Below the pieces are notes generated by a model, which did not search any database, was not told the origin of the DNA, and worked only from the letters and a program-made list of their open reading frames with translations. Positions 19,261 to 26,766 of a DNA stretch of 29,102 nt are shown here, one piece after another. A program made the translations under genes and the position numbers. The stretch lies in IMG/VR virus record IMGVR_UViG_3300033067_002086, positions 1 to 29,102 of that record, one strand, 5' to 3'. Within the stretch, counting starts at the first letter, position 1; each line of letters opens with the position of its first letter. This DNA is from a virus (lineage: Duplodnaviria; Caudoviricetes).

Positions 19261-20802
19261 CTATCTATTCTTTCTTGTTGTATAGTCAAACGAGAACACG
19301 GCGGCTGCACTTCGCAGTCTTTCCCATGATGTAAAAGCTGCATCACATAAATCAGTCGGGTCTGAAGGAAAACGAAGCAACGCTTTTTCTAAAATGAGGT
19401 GAGTTCCATAAACGTGAATGACTCGACCAGTTTCATAATCAGCGAGCATCTTTTCATTTCGTTCTTCTTTGCCTTTACTTTGCTTTTTCTCTTCAAAAAT
19501 TGGCAACGTTATATTGTGGCCAACATCAGCCATCGACTGCTTCACTTCACGAGCGATATCGTGATACTCTTGCTCCCACAAATCACCACCTTGATTTGTT
19601 TCAATAATGAAATGTGTAGCACCATGCTGAATAGCCGTTTTCAAAGCCAGGCGAATTGCTTCGCGCGGCGCCATTACTGCCTCTTTTGAATATAAGCGAT
19701 AAATGTTTTTATTTGCTGCAATGCCATCAATTTGAATGCCCTGACAATCTGATACTTTTGTTGCTGTGATCGCCGGGTCCATAGAGCACACGACAGTTTG
19801 AAGTTTGGGAACTTCTGACATCGCAACATGCTGAAACTGAACATTTGCCCAGCGGCTTCCCTGCCTGTCAACTTCATGCTGTGACTCTGACATAAATGCA
19901 GAAATGCCCCATGTCAGGATTTGTGATTGGCAAATTTCAATTGATTGCCCTGCCCACGTTGCAGTGCCACCTTTTATGATATATCGGCCTCCAATGTTTT
20001 CAACAACCAAATCCTCAACAGCTTTATATGGGCCACTAACGATTCTGTCGTTCATGAAGTCAGCGCGCCCGTCAACGAGCCTTGCAGCAATTGAGTCTTG
20101 ATGAATAACGTTTTGAATGAATAAAATAGCAACATCATGAGAGCCAGCGGGCAATAATGTGGCGGTAATGGTGTCAATCTTTTTTAGCGTCACAGCAGGG
20201 CTGTCAGCCTTTTCATCAACGTCGTCAAGAATAATAAAGTCAGGGCGACTCTCTTCAATTTTTGAACCACGAGCACCAACGTCAAGACCTAGCGCATCAA
20301 CAGTTAGTCCGCTAGCTGTTCGTAAACGATTGCGCCTCCAGCCCTTCACAGCACCAAACTTTCCAAGCAATCGGTTCGCTAGTGACGGATGAAAATGTTC
20401 AAGCTTTGAAGACTCAAGCATTGCGGCAATATTGGAAACGTGCATATCAGCTTTCGCTTGAGATGAAGACACATACCAAACATACTTCCTCGTTCTTTTA
20501 GCCCCAACGCGAACAACAGCGAGCTCTGCTGTTGTTGATTTAGCACCGCCGCGTGGCCATATTGCAACAAATGGGGCTGGGCGATGGCCCAACTTCAAGT
20601 CATCGACCCATGCCCATAAGTGGCGATGCCGCTCACCAAAGTCAAACTTTACGTAAGCGGGAAATAATGCCTTCAACCAGACTTCCCACTTTTGAAAGCG
20701 CGCGGGAAATTTGTCTGTTGAAGCCTTGAAGCCAAAATTGAAAGGTCCAGTATCAACCTTTGGCAGCGTAATGCCACCAATACTTCTATACACTATGGTC
20801 AC
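19261..20802 (-). CDS. terL: terminase large subunit
   Basis: Walker A PRGGAKST, Walker B FIILDD, nuclease motifs MDPA..D, IETNQGG, DLCDA. Confidence 0.93.
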   Translation of the reverse strand: MTIVYRSIGGITLPKVDTGPFNFGFKASTDKFPARFQKWEVWLKALFPAYVKFDFGERHRHLWAWVDDLKLGHRPAPFVAIWPRGGAKSTTAELAVVRVGAKRTRKYVWYVSSSQAKADMHVSNIAAMLESSKLEHFHPSLANRLLGKFGAVKGWRRNRLRTASGLTVDALGLDVGARGSKIEESRPDFIILDDVDEKADSPAVTLKKIDTITATLLPAGSHDVAILFIQNVIHQDSIAARLVDGRADFMNDRIVSGPYKAVEDLVVENIGGRYIIKGGTATWAGQSIEICQSQILTWGISAFMSESQHEVDRQGSRWANVQFQHVAMSEVPKLQTVVCSMDPAITATKVSDCQGIQIDGIAANKNIYRLYSKEAVMAPREAIRLALKTAIQHGATHFIIETNQGGDLWEQEYHDIAREVKQSMADVGHNITLPIFEEKKQSKGKEERNEKMLADYETGRVIHVYGTHLILEKALLRFPSDPTDLCDAAFTSWERLRSAAAVFSFDYTTRKNR

Positions 20803-21221
20803 TCCTCTGCTACTGTAGACTCAGATGGCAGTTCTTCAATTGTCTCATGAGGAACTTCAAGTGTCGGAGGTGCCGTCATATTTTGAGTATCTGTCATAGC
20901 CTCCAAAAGACGATGCATTTTGTCTGCAATTACACCATGCAGCACGGCAACGTCAGAAGCCTTTTGTTTCAAAAGCCATGTTTCATTTGAAAAGAATTCA
21001 GACTGCTTTATGAGAGTTTCAAATGATTGTCGAATATATGAGATGATGAGATCTCCAATTTTCCCTTGCTGCTCAAGTGTCACCAAGTGGGCTTCTTCGT
21101 CGCGCCATTTCTTGAGAGTTGCTTCACCAACACGCAAAATGCGACTGACCTCAGTTATGTGAGTGCCAGTCATCAACATCGCTAGTGCTCTAGCTTTTAC
21201 GTCTTCAGTTGTAGATGTCAT
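20799..21221 (-). CDS. terS: terminase small subunit, HTH
   Basis: N-terminal HTH (ITEVSRILRVGEATLKKWR); overlaps the TerL start. Confidence 0.75.
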   Translation of the reverse strand: MTSTTEDVKARALAMLMTGTHITEVSRILRVGEATLKKWRDEEAHLVTLEQQGKIGDLIISYIRQSFETLIKQSEFFSNETWLLKQKASDVAVLHGVIADKMHRLLEAMTDTQNMTAPPTLEVPHETIEELPSESTVAEE

Positions 21222-21584
21222 TTATTTTCTCGATTCTCCCAATGCAGCGATAAGCGCATTGTAGTCAACGCAAACGGGAAGCTTTGAACGCCGTGCGACC
21301 TGGGAAATAAAATTGTAGAGCCATGAGTTATCTCGAACCTCATGAAGAAGAACCGCATCACACAAATACACGAGTTGAGCCAACATCACCGTGAATTCAT
21401 TTGCTGCAACAGTATCGTACAAATCCCTAAAATAAAAAGATGCTGAGATTGGAATAAAGCCGTTCTTTTGCAGTCTTGCACAAACGGCAGCAACACCAGA
21501 CTCAACCTTGTCAATGTCAAAATCAACATCAAGAGGTGACTTCGAAAGAACAAAAACTATACGAGCGCCCTCAAAGTTTGGCAT
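21222..21584 (-). CDS. hypothetical protein (DUF1937/DUF4406-like small alpha/beta domain)
   Basis: Start MPNFEG after GGAG; SP..., G-F-I-P-I-S and LCDAVL pattern. Confidence 0.55.
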   Translation of the reverse strand: MPNFEGARIVFVLSKSPLDVDFDIDKVESGVAAVCARLQKNGFIPISASFYFRDLYDTVAANEFTVMLAQLVYLCDAVLLHEVRDNSWLYNFISQVARRSKLPVCVDYNALIAALGESRK

Positions 21585-21586
21585 AA

Positions 21587-22117
21587 CTATGGAACTCCGT
21601 TTATCAGTCTTGCCATGATGATGTAGTTCGTTAGGCTTATCAGAATAGAGGTAACCACTGCAATAACAATTCCATTGGCATTCTTTTTGAATGAGAGCCA
21701 CGAACCCGGCTGGTTGTCCTCTTTTTCTTTATCTTGTGTTGCCTTTAGCTCAAATCGTTCGAACGTTGCCATAATTTTTGCTTCAGCGATTGCACTAGCC
21801 ACTTCTCTAGCGATAGCTTCGAAGCGGCCAGTGTCAGTCTCTTTGTCGAGTAAAGTTTTCAAGTCAGTAACCTGAATTTTGAAGCTGCTTTCGAGACGGT
21901 CTATGCCAAGTTGAAGACTGTCGAGTCGCTGCTTTGTCAACGCCACTTGTTGAATTAGCCCTGGTTTACCATTACCACGCACACGTGAGTCAACGTTCTC
22001 AATTACCCCCTGTAATGTAGTGATTTTAGTTCCAAGGTCATCGACAATACGTCTCAACTCCTGCAAAGAAGGCTCCATCTCAGCTCCAAAGTCGTGGTTT
22101 GTTTTCGTTGAAGTCAT
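21587..22117 (-). CDS. coiled-coil protein with a C-terminal transmembrane helix, possibly lysis-related
   Basis: GAGG RBS; RGNGKPGL motif; hydrophobic IVIAVVTSILISL. Confidence 0.7.
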   Translation of the reverse strand: MTSTKTNHDFGAEMEPSLQELRRIVDDLGTKITTLQGVIENVDSRVRGNGKPGLIQQVALTKQRLDSLQLGIDRLESSFKIQVTDLKTLLDKETDTGRFEAIAREVASAIAEAKIMATFERFELKATQDKEKEDNQPGSWLSFKKNANGIVIAVVTSILISLTNYIIMARLINGVP

Positions 22118-22158
22118 AATGCGGCCTCGACTTGGCCACACTGCTTGCAGCTTGCAGC

Positions 22159-22494
22159 TTACTTGATGTCAGGGGCGAACATTATCGAGAGCAATTTGCG
22201 GGCGAGGTAGGTCAATTGATTGGCCGAGAAGGCAGTCATCGCATAACCGGCGAGGATGTTGAAACCAATTCGATTGCACTCGAGGCCGACCAAAACCAAA
22301 AGGTCGACGTAGCAGGACATGACGAAGACGATGCCGGAGAAGGCGATCGACGCGATTGCCATGGCCAACATCTTTTGATAAGGCTTCAGTTCATCGAGCT
22401 GGGCCTTGAGCTTTGGAATGAATTCAAAAAGAAGTGACATCGCCATGCCGGCGAGAACGGTGACAGCTTCAGGGGTGAATGGGATTTGATACAT
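22159..22494 (-). CDS. putative holin
   Basis: 111 aa with about 3 hydrophobic segments; AAGGAG RBS before MYQIP. Confidence 0.6.
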   Translation of the reverse strand: MYQIPFTPEAVTVLAGMAMSLLFEFIPKLKAQLDELKPYQKMLAMAIASIAFSGIVFVMSCYVDLLVLVGLECNRIGFNILAGYAMTAFSANQLTYLARKLLSIMFAPDIK

Positions 22495-22546
22495 GTAAGG
22501 TGGGTCTCCTTGTTTGGTGGTTGTGGTGATTGGTGAAAAGACGAGC

Positions 22547-22601
22547 GGCCATTGAATGGCCAACGAAACTAGATTATAATTGTGTTAGGAGAATTTGAGA
22601 T
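22547..22601. promoter_or_regulatory. divergent promoter region
   Basis: + strand TTGAAT-17-TATAAT (22552-22580); ATTATAAT is palindromic and gives a minus-strand TATAAT; GGCCATT-G-AATGGCC inverted repeat covers the -35. Confidence 0.6.
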
Positions 22602-23075
22602 ATGCCTTCTGGAACCGTACACGCGGGAGCAACTCGAGTCATCACTGGGTTGTTTGTTTCGAATGCCGTTATAACTCAAAACCCTGAATGGGTGTGGGTT
22701 GCTTTTGGCTCGGCTATTGGGCTTTTGGTTGGGCCTGACCTCGATGTTGATGGCTCATTTCACGGTGACTCTCTAATTCGTCGAGTTCCAATTTTAGGAA
22801 AGCCTCTCGAGCTCGTGTATAAAGCCATTTGGTGGCCGTATCGCAAGGTTATGCCACATCGTTCCAAAGCATCTCACTTTCCTGTCATATCAACCCTGTT
22901 TCGATATGTGTACATCATCGCCATAGCATGGGGAATTTCACGCATTATTGGGTGGGACCTAACATCATTCATACTCACACACATAGACCAACTAAAGCTA
23001 ATAATCTTTGGAAATTTTTGGGCAGACTTCGCCCACTGGGGAATGGACGCTGGAACGCCACAAGGAGTTGACTAA
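22602..23075 (+). CDS. DUF2227-like putative metal-binding membrane protein
   Basis: MPSGTVH, PDLD and WWPY...PHRS..SH.P motifs; hydrophobic segments. Confidence 0.8.
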   Translation: MPSGTVHAGATRVITGLFVSNAVITQNPEWVWVAFGSAIGLLVGPDLDVDGSFHGDSLIRRVPILGKPLELVYKAIWWPYRKVMPHRSKASHFPVISTLFRYVYIIAIAWGISRIIGWDLTSFILTHIDQLKLIIFGNFWADFAHWGMDAGTPQGVD

Positions 23076-23236
23076 TGGCAAAGATAAAGAGAAAAACGAA
23101 CAGAGCAAAAAGAATTAGCCGCAACTGCCGAAACAACGGCTCATGTTCATATTGCCGCAACTCGAGACTTCACGCGTCAAAGAAAAGGCTGCTTGAAGCT
23201 AAAGCACAAGTGAAAACTTACTCCCAAGATGTATAG
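23075..23236 (+). CDS. small basic Cys-motif protein (53 aa), not in the ORF track
   Basis: AAGGAG RBS; MAKIKRK...CRNNGSCSYCRNSR. Confidence 0.7.
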   Translation: MAKIKRKTNRAKRISRNCRNNGSCSYCRNSRLHASKKRLLEAKAQVKTYSQDV

Positions 23237-23289
23237 TACCCAGGTACTATGTCAGAGATTTGGCTGTCACGTTAGAATTGACTCATAAT
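23234..23289 (+). promoter_or_regulatory. conserved promoter P1 with a TAGTAC-N4-GTACTA box
   Basis: Box 23234-23249, ATGTCA-18-TAGAAT, then TGACTCATAAT shared with P2. Confidence 0.75.
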
Positions 23290-23310
23290 CAAAAAAGAAA
23301 GAGAGCAAAA

Positions 23311-23559
23311 ATGTTGAAAACAAATGACGAACTTCGAGCTAGCTACCCGCTGTTTTTCAAGACAGTCAACCGTAAAGAGGTCGCAACCTACAAGTTCACC
23401 AAGCCGAATGCTCAAAAGATGTTTGGGTATTTGAAGGCCTGGAAAGAAATTGAGAAAGTTTTTGAAACAGATGAAACTCTCTACATTCGCTACACAGCTC
23501 AACCGGCCGGTAAGCTTCGGTCTTTTGAAATTCTCAATGGAACAAGTGAAATGAGGTGA
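23311..23559 (+). CDS. hypothetical protein
   Basis: First ATG after P1, purine-rich RBS, 82 aa. Confidence 0.7.
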   Translation: MLKTNDELRASYPLFFKTVNRKEVATYKFTKPNAQKMFGYLKAWKEIEKVFETDETLYIRYTAQPAGKLRSFEILNGTSEMR

Positions 23560-23617
23560 TGACTATCGAAGAAAATTTGCCCCATTTTTAGCCACCCATT
23601 TACTCAAGGATTTGCTT

Positions 23618-23764
23618 ATGAAACGTAACCCGAATGTATATCTGTTAGTTGTGGCCTTCGTCGCGGCAATGCTGCTGGTCCTCATTTGCTTGACCTCAGT
23701 GGCAACCTACTGCGAAATTCTTCCGACCGCCACCATGTGCCAACCGATTGGAGTAACACCATGA
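23618..23764 (+). CDS. small membrane peptide (48 aa)
   Basis: AAGGA RBS; MKRNPNVYLLVVAFVAAMLLVLICL...; ATGA overlap with the next gene. Confidence 0.6.
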   Translation: MKRNPNVYLLVVAFVAAMLLVLICLTSVATYCEILPTATMCQPIGVTP

Positions 23765-23877
23765 AGAGACGTGCTGTTGAGTTCATCGTTGTCGTCGCCA
23801 TCGCCATCTGCCTGATGCTCGGCGTCGTCGCTGCTGTCGCTGGGGTTTGCAACCTCGGGATTGTTGCTGGCTGCTGA
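23761..23877 (+). CDS. small membrane peptide (38 aa)
   Basis: GGAG RBS; MKRRAVEFIVVVAIAICLMLGVV... Confidence 0.6.
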   Translation: MKRRAVEFIVVVAIAICLMLGVVAAVAGVCNLGIVAGC

Positions 23878-23881
23878 AAAC

Positions 23882-23907
23882 GGTGGGCAGTCGCGAGGCT
23901 GCCCACC
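23882..23907. terminator. strong intergenic hairpin with a GCGA tetraloop
   Basis: GGTGGGCAGTC-GCGA-GGCTGCCCACC; no U tract on the + strand. Confidence 0.5.
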
Positions 23908-23929
23908 TCTAAATGAAAAGAGAGAGCAA

Positions 23930-24136
23930 ATGTCGAATGCAGATAAATTACAGCAACTGGTACTCAAGAAGGTGTTGACCGCGAGGGCCGTGAAGAAGTG
24001 GGATGGCAGCGAGTGGGAGGAGATTGTCATCACCTTCACTGACAACACCACGTTGAGGTTTTCTTCACTACCAGATTGTGGCTGCGAGCAGTGCGACCCA
24101 GATGGTAGTGCTGGTTCTCACATAACCATCACATAG
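23930..24136 (+). CDS. hypothetical protein with a CxCxxC motif
   Basis: Start MSNADK after a GAGAG run; DCGCEQCD. Confidence 0.65.
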   Translation: MSNADKLQQLVLKKVLTARAVKKWDGSEWEEIVITFTDNTTLRFSSLPDCGCEQCDPDGSAGSHITIT

Positions 24137-24155
24137 TGAAAAGAGGAAATGCGCC

Positions 24156-24401
24156 ATGCCTGAATATGATGAAATGATGGAAGAAGAGAGATTTTGGGAA
24201 GTTGTTGGGCAGATGAGTGATGGAACTGAATTCATTTCGTTTGACCAGTTCAACTCAGCGTCAGAGGCCCATGGCTGGGTCAGTGAATACAATCGCGCGG
24301 CACTGTCAGCGCTGTGGCCTACGGTTGACCACTACAGCGTAAGGCCCTCACAGCTTCGGGAAGGAGGTGACCCATGTTCATTTGGCTTTACTCCAGCATG
24401 A
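24156..24401 (+). CDS. hypothetical acidic protein
   Basis: GAGG RBS, 81 aa. Confidence 0.65.
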   Translation: MPEYDEMMEEERFWEVVGQMSDGTEFISFDQFNSASEAHGWVSEYNRAALSALWPTVDHYSVRPSQLREGGDPCSFGFTPA

Positions 24402-24550
24402 TGAGAGAACGCAAAACAAAAAGCGGATATCACGGCGATGCGGCCGTGGCTGTTCTCATCGAGTTGGTGATTGAAACCTTGTTTTTATTGTGGCTCGTTC
24501 GCGTCATTTACGCGCAGTTTGAGAACGCGATTGCATCACTACCATTCTGA
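24374..24550 (+). CDS. small membrane peptide (58 aa)
   Basis: AAGGAGGT RBS; MFIWLYSSMMRERK...AVAVLIELVIETLFLLWLV. Confidence 0.6.
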   Translation: MFIWLYSSMMRERKTKSGYHGDAAVAVLIELVIETLFLLWLVRVIYAQFENAIASLPF

Positions 24551-24569
24551 AAGAAAAGAGGAAGTAATC

Positions 24570-24836
24570 ATGAAAGAAGCAATTGGCTTAGGGTTGATGC
24601 TGTTGTCGGCGCGCTTTATATGTGGTACTGACACAAAAGGAACCATTATCGGCATCATTATGTTTTGTGTTGGCGCGCTTCTGTACACCATCCCTTCAGG
24701 ACGAGCTGCTTTGAGGGTGCTTATTGCCATCGGCATGTTTTCAGCTTTGCTATTTGCTGGCAGTGGCTCAGCGCACAGCGCCATAACCGGCCTCACGCTC
24801 TTTGGCATTGGCGCTCTCATTTTCTACAACAGTTGA
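24570..24836 (+). CDS. small 4-TM membrane protein with an internal duplication
   Basis: GAGG RBS; IIGIIMFCVGALLY resembles ITGLTLFGIGALIFY. Confidence 0.7.
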   Translation: MKEAIGLGLMLLSARFICGTDTKGTIIGIIMFCVGALLYTIPSGRAALRVLIAIGMFSALLFAGSGSAHSAITGLTLFGIGALIFYNS

Positions 24837-24859
24837 ACCAGGCGAAAGAGGACAGAGTA

Positions 24860-25165
24860 ATGGCATGGATTAGTCGGTACCCAGCCCGTCGCGGGCAAAC
24901 GGTTTTCTTTTGGTGGAGTGCGAGCTACGTGCATGCTGCAAAATTCTTGGGGTGGGTGAAAACGAAAAATGGTGTAGCGGCTCGGGTCCAGTCACACTTG
25001 CTGTTTGGCAAGAGGGCCCTGGGCCGTCGTGATGTGAAGCATGATGATGGTATTGGGGTATTACAGCCCCACACGAAAGTGTACCACAGGTATCGACAAG
25101 CCCGTTATAGGCGAAATGAAATTCAGCGTCCGAGCATTGAAGAAATGGAGACATGTCAGTCATGA
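24860..25165 (+). CDS. hypothetical basic protein
   Basis: GAGG RBS before MAWISR; 101 aa. Confidence 0.65.
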   Translation: MAWISRYPARRGQTVFFWWSASYVHAAKFLGWVKTKNGVAARVQSHLLFGKRALGRRDVKHDDGIGVLQPHTKVYHRYRQARYRRNEIQRPSIEEMETCQS

Positions 25166-25408
25166 GCAATAAAAAGAAAAGCTTAGGTGGGCCGACAATG
25201 AAAGTGAAAACGCGGCAAGCCCCTGACGAATACGTTGAGCATTTACGCAAAAAAATACCTGCACGTGCCAAACGCAGACTTGCCGCTATTGATGCGGTGG
25301 GATTTTGAAGAGAAGAGAGCTGAAGGAAAGGCCTGCACTTGTAAACTGCAAATGCCATTTAGCAATAATGCCCACAGCAAGTCATGCCCTCTGTATTTTG
25401 ACAATTGA
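25162..25408 (+). pseudogene. ORF apparently split at an A7 run (or two small overlapping ORFs); C-terminal CxC..H..C
   Basis: Frame 1 25162-25308; +1 frame open 25208-25408; removing one A at 25249-25255 joins them. Confidence 0.4.
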
Positions 25409-25467
25409 TGAGTGAACAGTGTATCAATTTTGGTACACAGCAGCAAAAAGAGAAAGGAAGAAAAGAA

Positions 25468-25635
25468 ATGAATGAGATGATTGATGACATCGTGAAAGAT
25501 GTAATGAAGAGGGTGAAGAACAAAACAAAGTTCTGGACGCCGCACTGGAAGGTGGCGCTGATGCTGGCGTTGATGAAGGCACTGGGCAAAGCGCTACTGC
25601 CACAAAAGACGGAGAAAGAAAAAGAGGCCGAATGA
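25468..25635 (+). CDS. hypothetical protein
   Basis: AAGGA RBS before MNEMIDD; ATGA overlap with the next gene. Confidence 0.55.
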   Translation: MNEMIDDIVKDVMKRVKNKTKFWTPHWKVALMLALMKALGKALLPQKTEKEKEAE

Positions 25636-25841
25636 TTGTCATCTTCATTGGCAACGAATTTTATCGGGAGAGTAAGACGCGCATGTCGTCATACTATGAG
25701 GTGAAGAAGGGTGGAGAATGGAACCGCCTCGCCATCGGGGAAATTGAGAGTGCGGTGGCCGCCGGCACAACAGTCACAATACGGCCTCCGACGAAAGCTG
25801 AAAAACTAAAAGCTAAAAGAATGCTTGAACTTGGGGCGTAA
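25632..25841 (+). CDS. hypothetical protein
   Basis: GAGG RBS, 69 aa. Confidence 0.7.
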   Translation: MIVIFIGNEFYRESKTRMSSYYEVKKGGEWNRLAIGEIESAVAAGTTVTIRPPTKAEKLKAKRMLELGA

Positions 25842-26200
25842 TGCCCCGGGGCCCGCGCGCAGAAGGGTCACTTGGGACGCAGGCCGGGCCCCGCTGCGCC
25901 GCGCCGAGAGTGCGCAGCGCTCGGCCGCCCGCGCACGGGGCACGGAGCGTGCGGAGCGCGAGCGCTTCGCTCGACGGCCGCGCGGCCGAGGCCAGCGGCA
26001 CAGCCGTTGCAGCCAGCCCGAGCGGGCTGCGGGACCCGCGACAGCCCGGCCAGGCGGGGCTGTCACTCGTACCCCAGCCCGGGCCGAGGGCCAGCGGGCC
26101 AGCGGGCCGGCAGGTTGTATATACAACTTACGGGCCCGGGCTGGCCCACTGGTACGGCCAGCGGTCACCACTGCACCTGCCGCGGTACACGACCAGAGTG
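25842..26200. other. very GC-rich non-coding island of nested inverted repeats
   Basis: IRs 25847-55/25885-93, 25892-99/25912-19, 25959-73, 25975-88, 26014-29, 26040-64, 26074-85/26133-44. Confidence 0.8.
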
Positions 26201-26668
26201 AAGTTGTATACACAACTTACGTCTGCACACCAGTGCACACCAGCCCGTACCCGCCCTATTAGTACTCGGGTACTACCACTTCAGGTTGCACACCATTGCA
26301 CACCAGTGCACACTAGTACTGGGGTACCATATCGCTGTAGTTCACTACACCTCGGTTGTAGGCCCTACACCTCAATTGTAGATGTGCATGGTTGCAATCG
26401 ACGTGGGACATAGTACTCGAGTACTAACCGCTGGCCTTGCACACCCTTGCACTCTGTTGCACACCAAAGTTGTATAGACAACTTCGCTCTGCTGGCCACT
26501 GGCCCTCACACTGGACGCGTCCAATTCGTCGATAGTTGTATAGACAACGCCTTGCAACGCGTTGCACTCTGCTGCACAGCCAAGTTGTATAGACAACGCC
26601 TTGCACCTCAGTGCAACGAGTTGCACACTAGTACCGTAGTACTATGGTCCACTAGTACTAAAGTACTA
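26114..26668. repeat. array of palindromic boxes and 10-bp-phased TGCA repeats
   Basis: GTTGTATANACAAC at 26114, 26203, 26469, 26535, 26584; TAGTAC-N4-GTACYA at 26260, 26314, 26411, 26629, 26653; TGCA triplets at 26286, 26437, 26552, 26601. Confidence 0.9.
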
Positions 26669-26707
26669 TGTCAGTCGGGCGGCAAGTCGTTATAATTGAC
26701 TCATAAT
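26653..26707 (+). promoter_or_regulatory. conserved promoter P2
   Basis: Box 26653-26668, ATGTCA-17-TATAAT (26668-26696), TGACTCATAAT. Confidence 0.8.
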
Positions 26708-26766
26708 AAGCAACCAAAACCATCACCATCTACTCAAAGTAACTCACACACAAAGGACAAAACATC

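Noticed and set aside
19277-19291. GTTGTATAGTCAAAC, similar to the H box
   Set aside because: The right half is broken and it lies inside terL; probably chance
26534-26605. CRISPR-like 23-nt direct repeat AGTTGTATAGACAACGCCTTGCA, two copies
   Set aside because: Only two full copies, irregular spacing of the other cores, intervening sequences are themselves repeats, and no cas genes are present
25842-26670. Polylinker-like density of 6-bp palindromes (AGTACT, GGGCCC, CGGCCG, ACTAGT) as vector contamination or restriction decoy
   Set aside because: Accounted for by the larger motifs, which also recur at native promoters; no vector features are seen
25806-26695. Overlapping ORFs of up to 190 aa on both strands
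   Set aside because: Low-complexity Arg/Pro/Ala/Gly translations caused by high GC and repeats; no RBS
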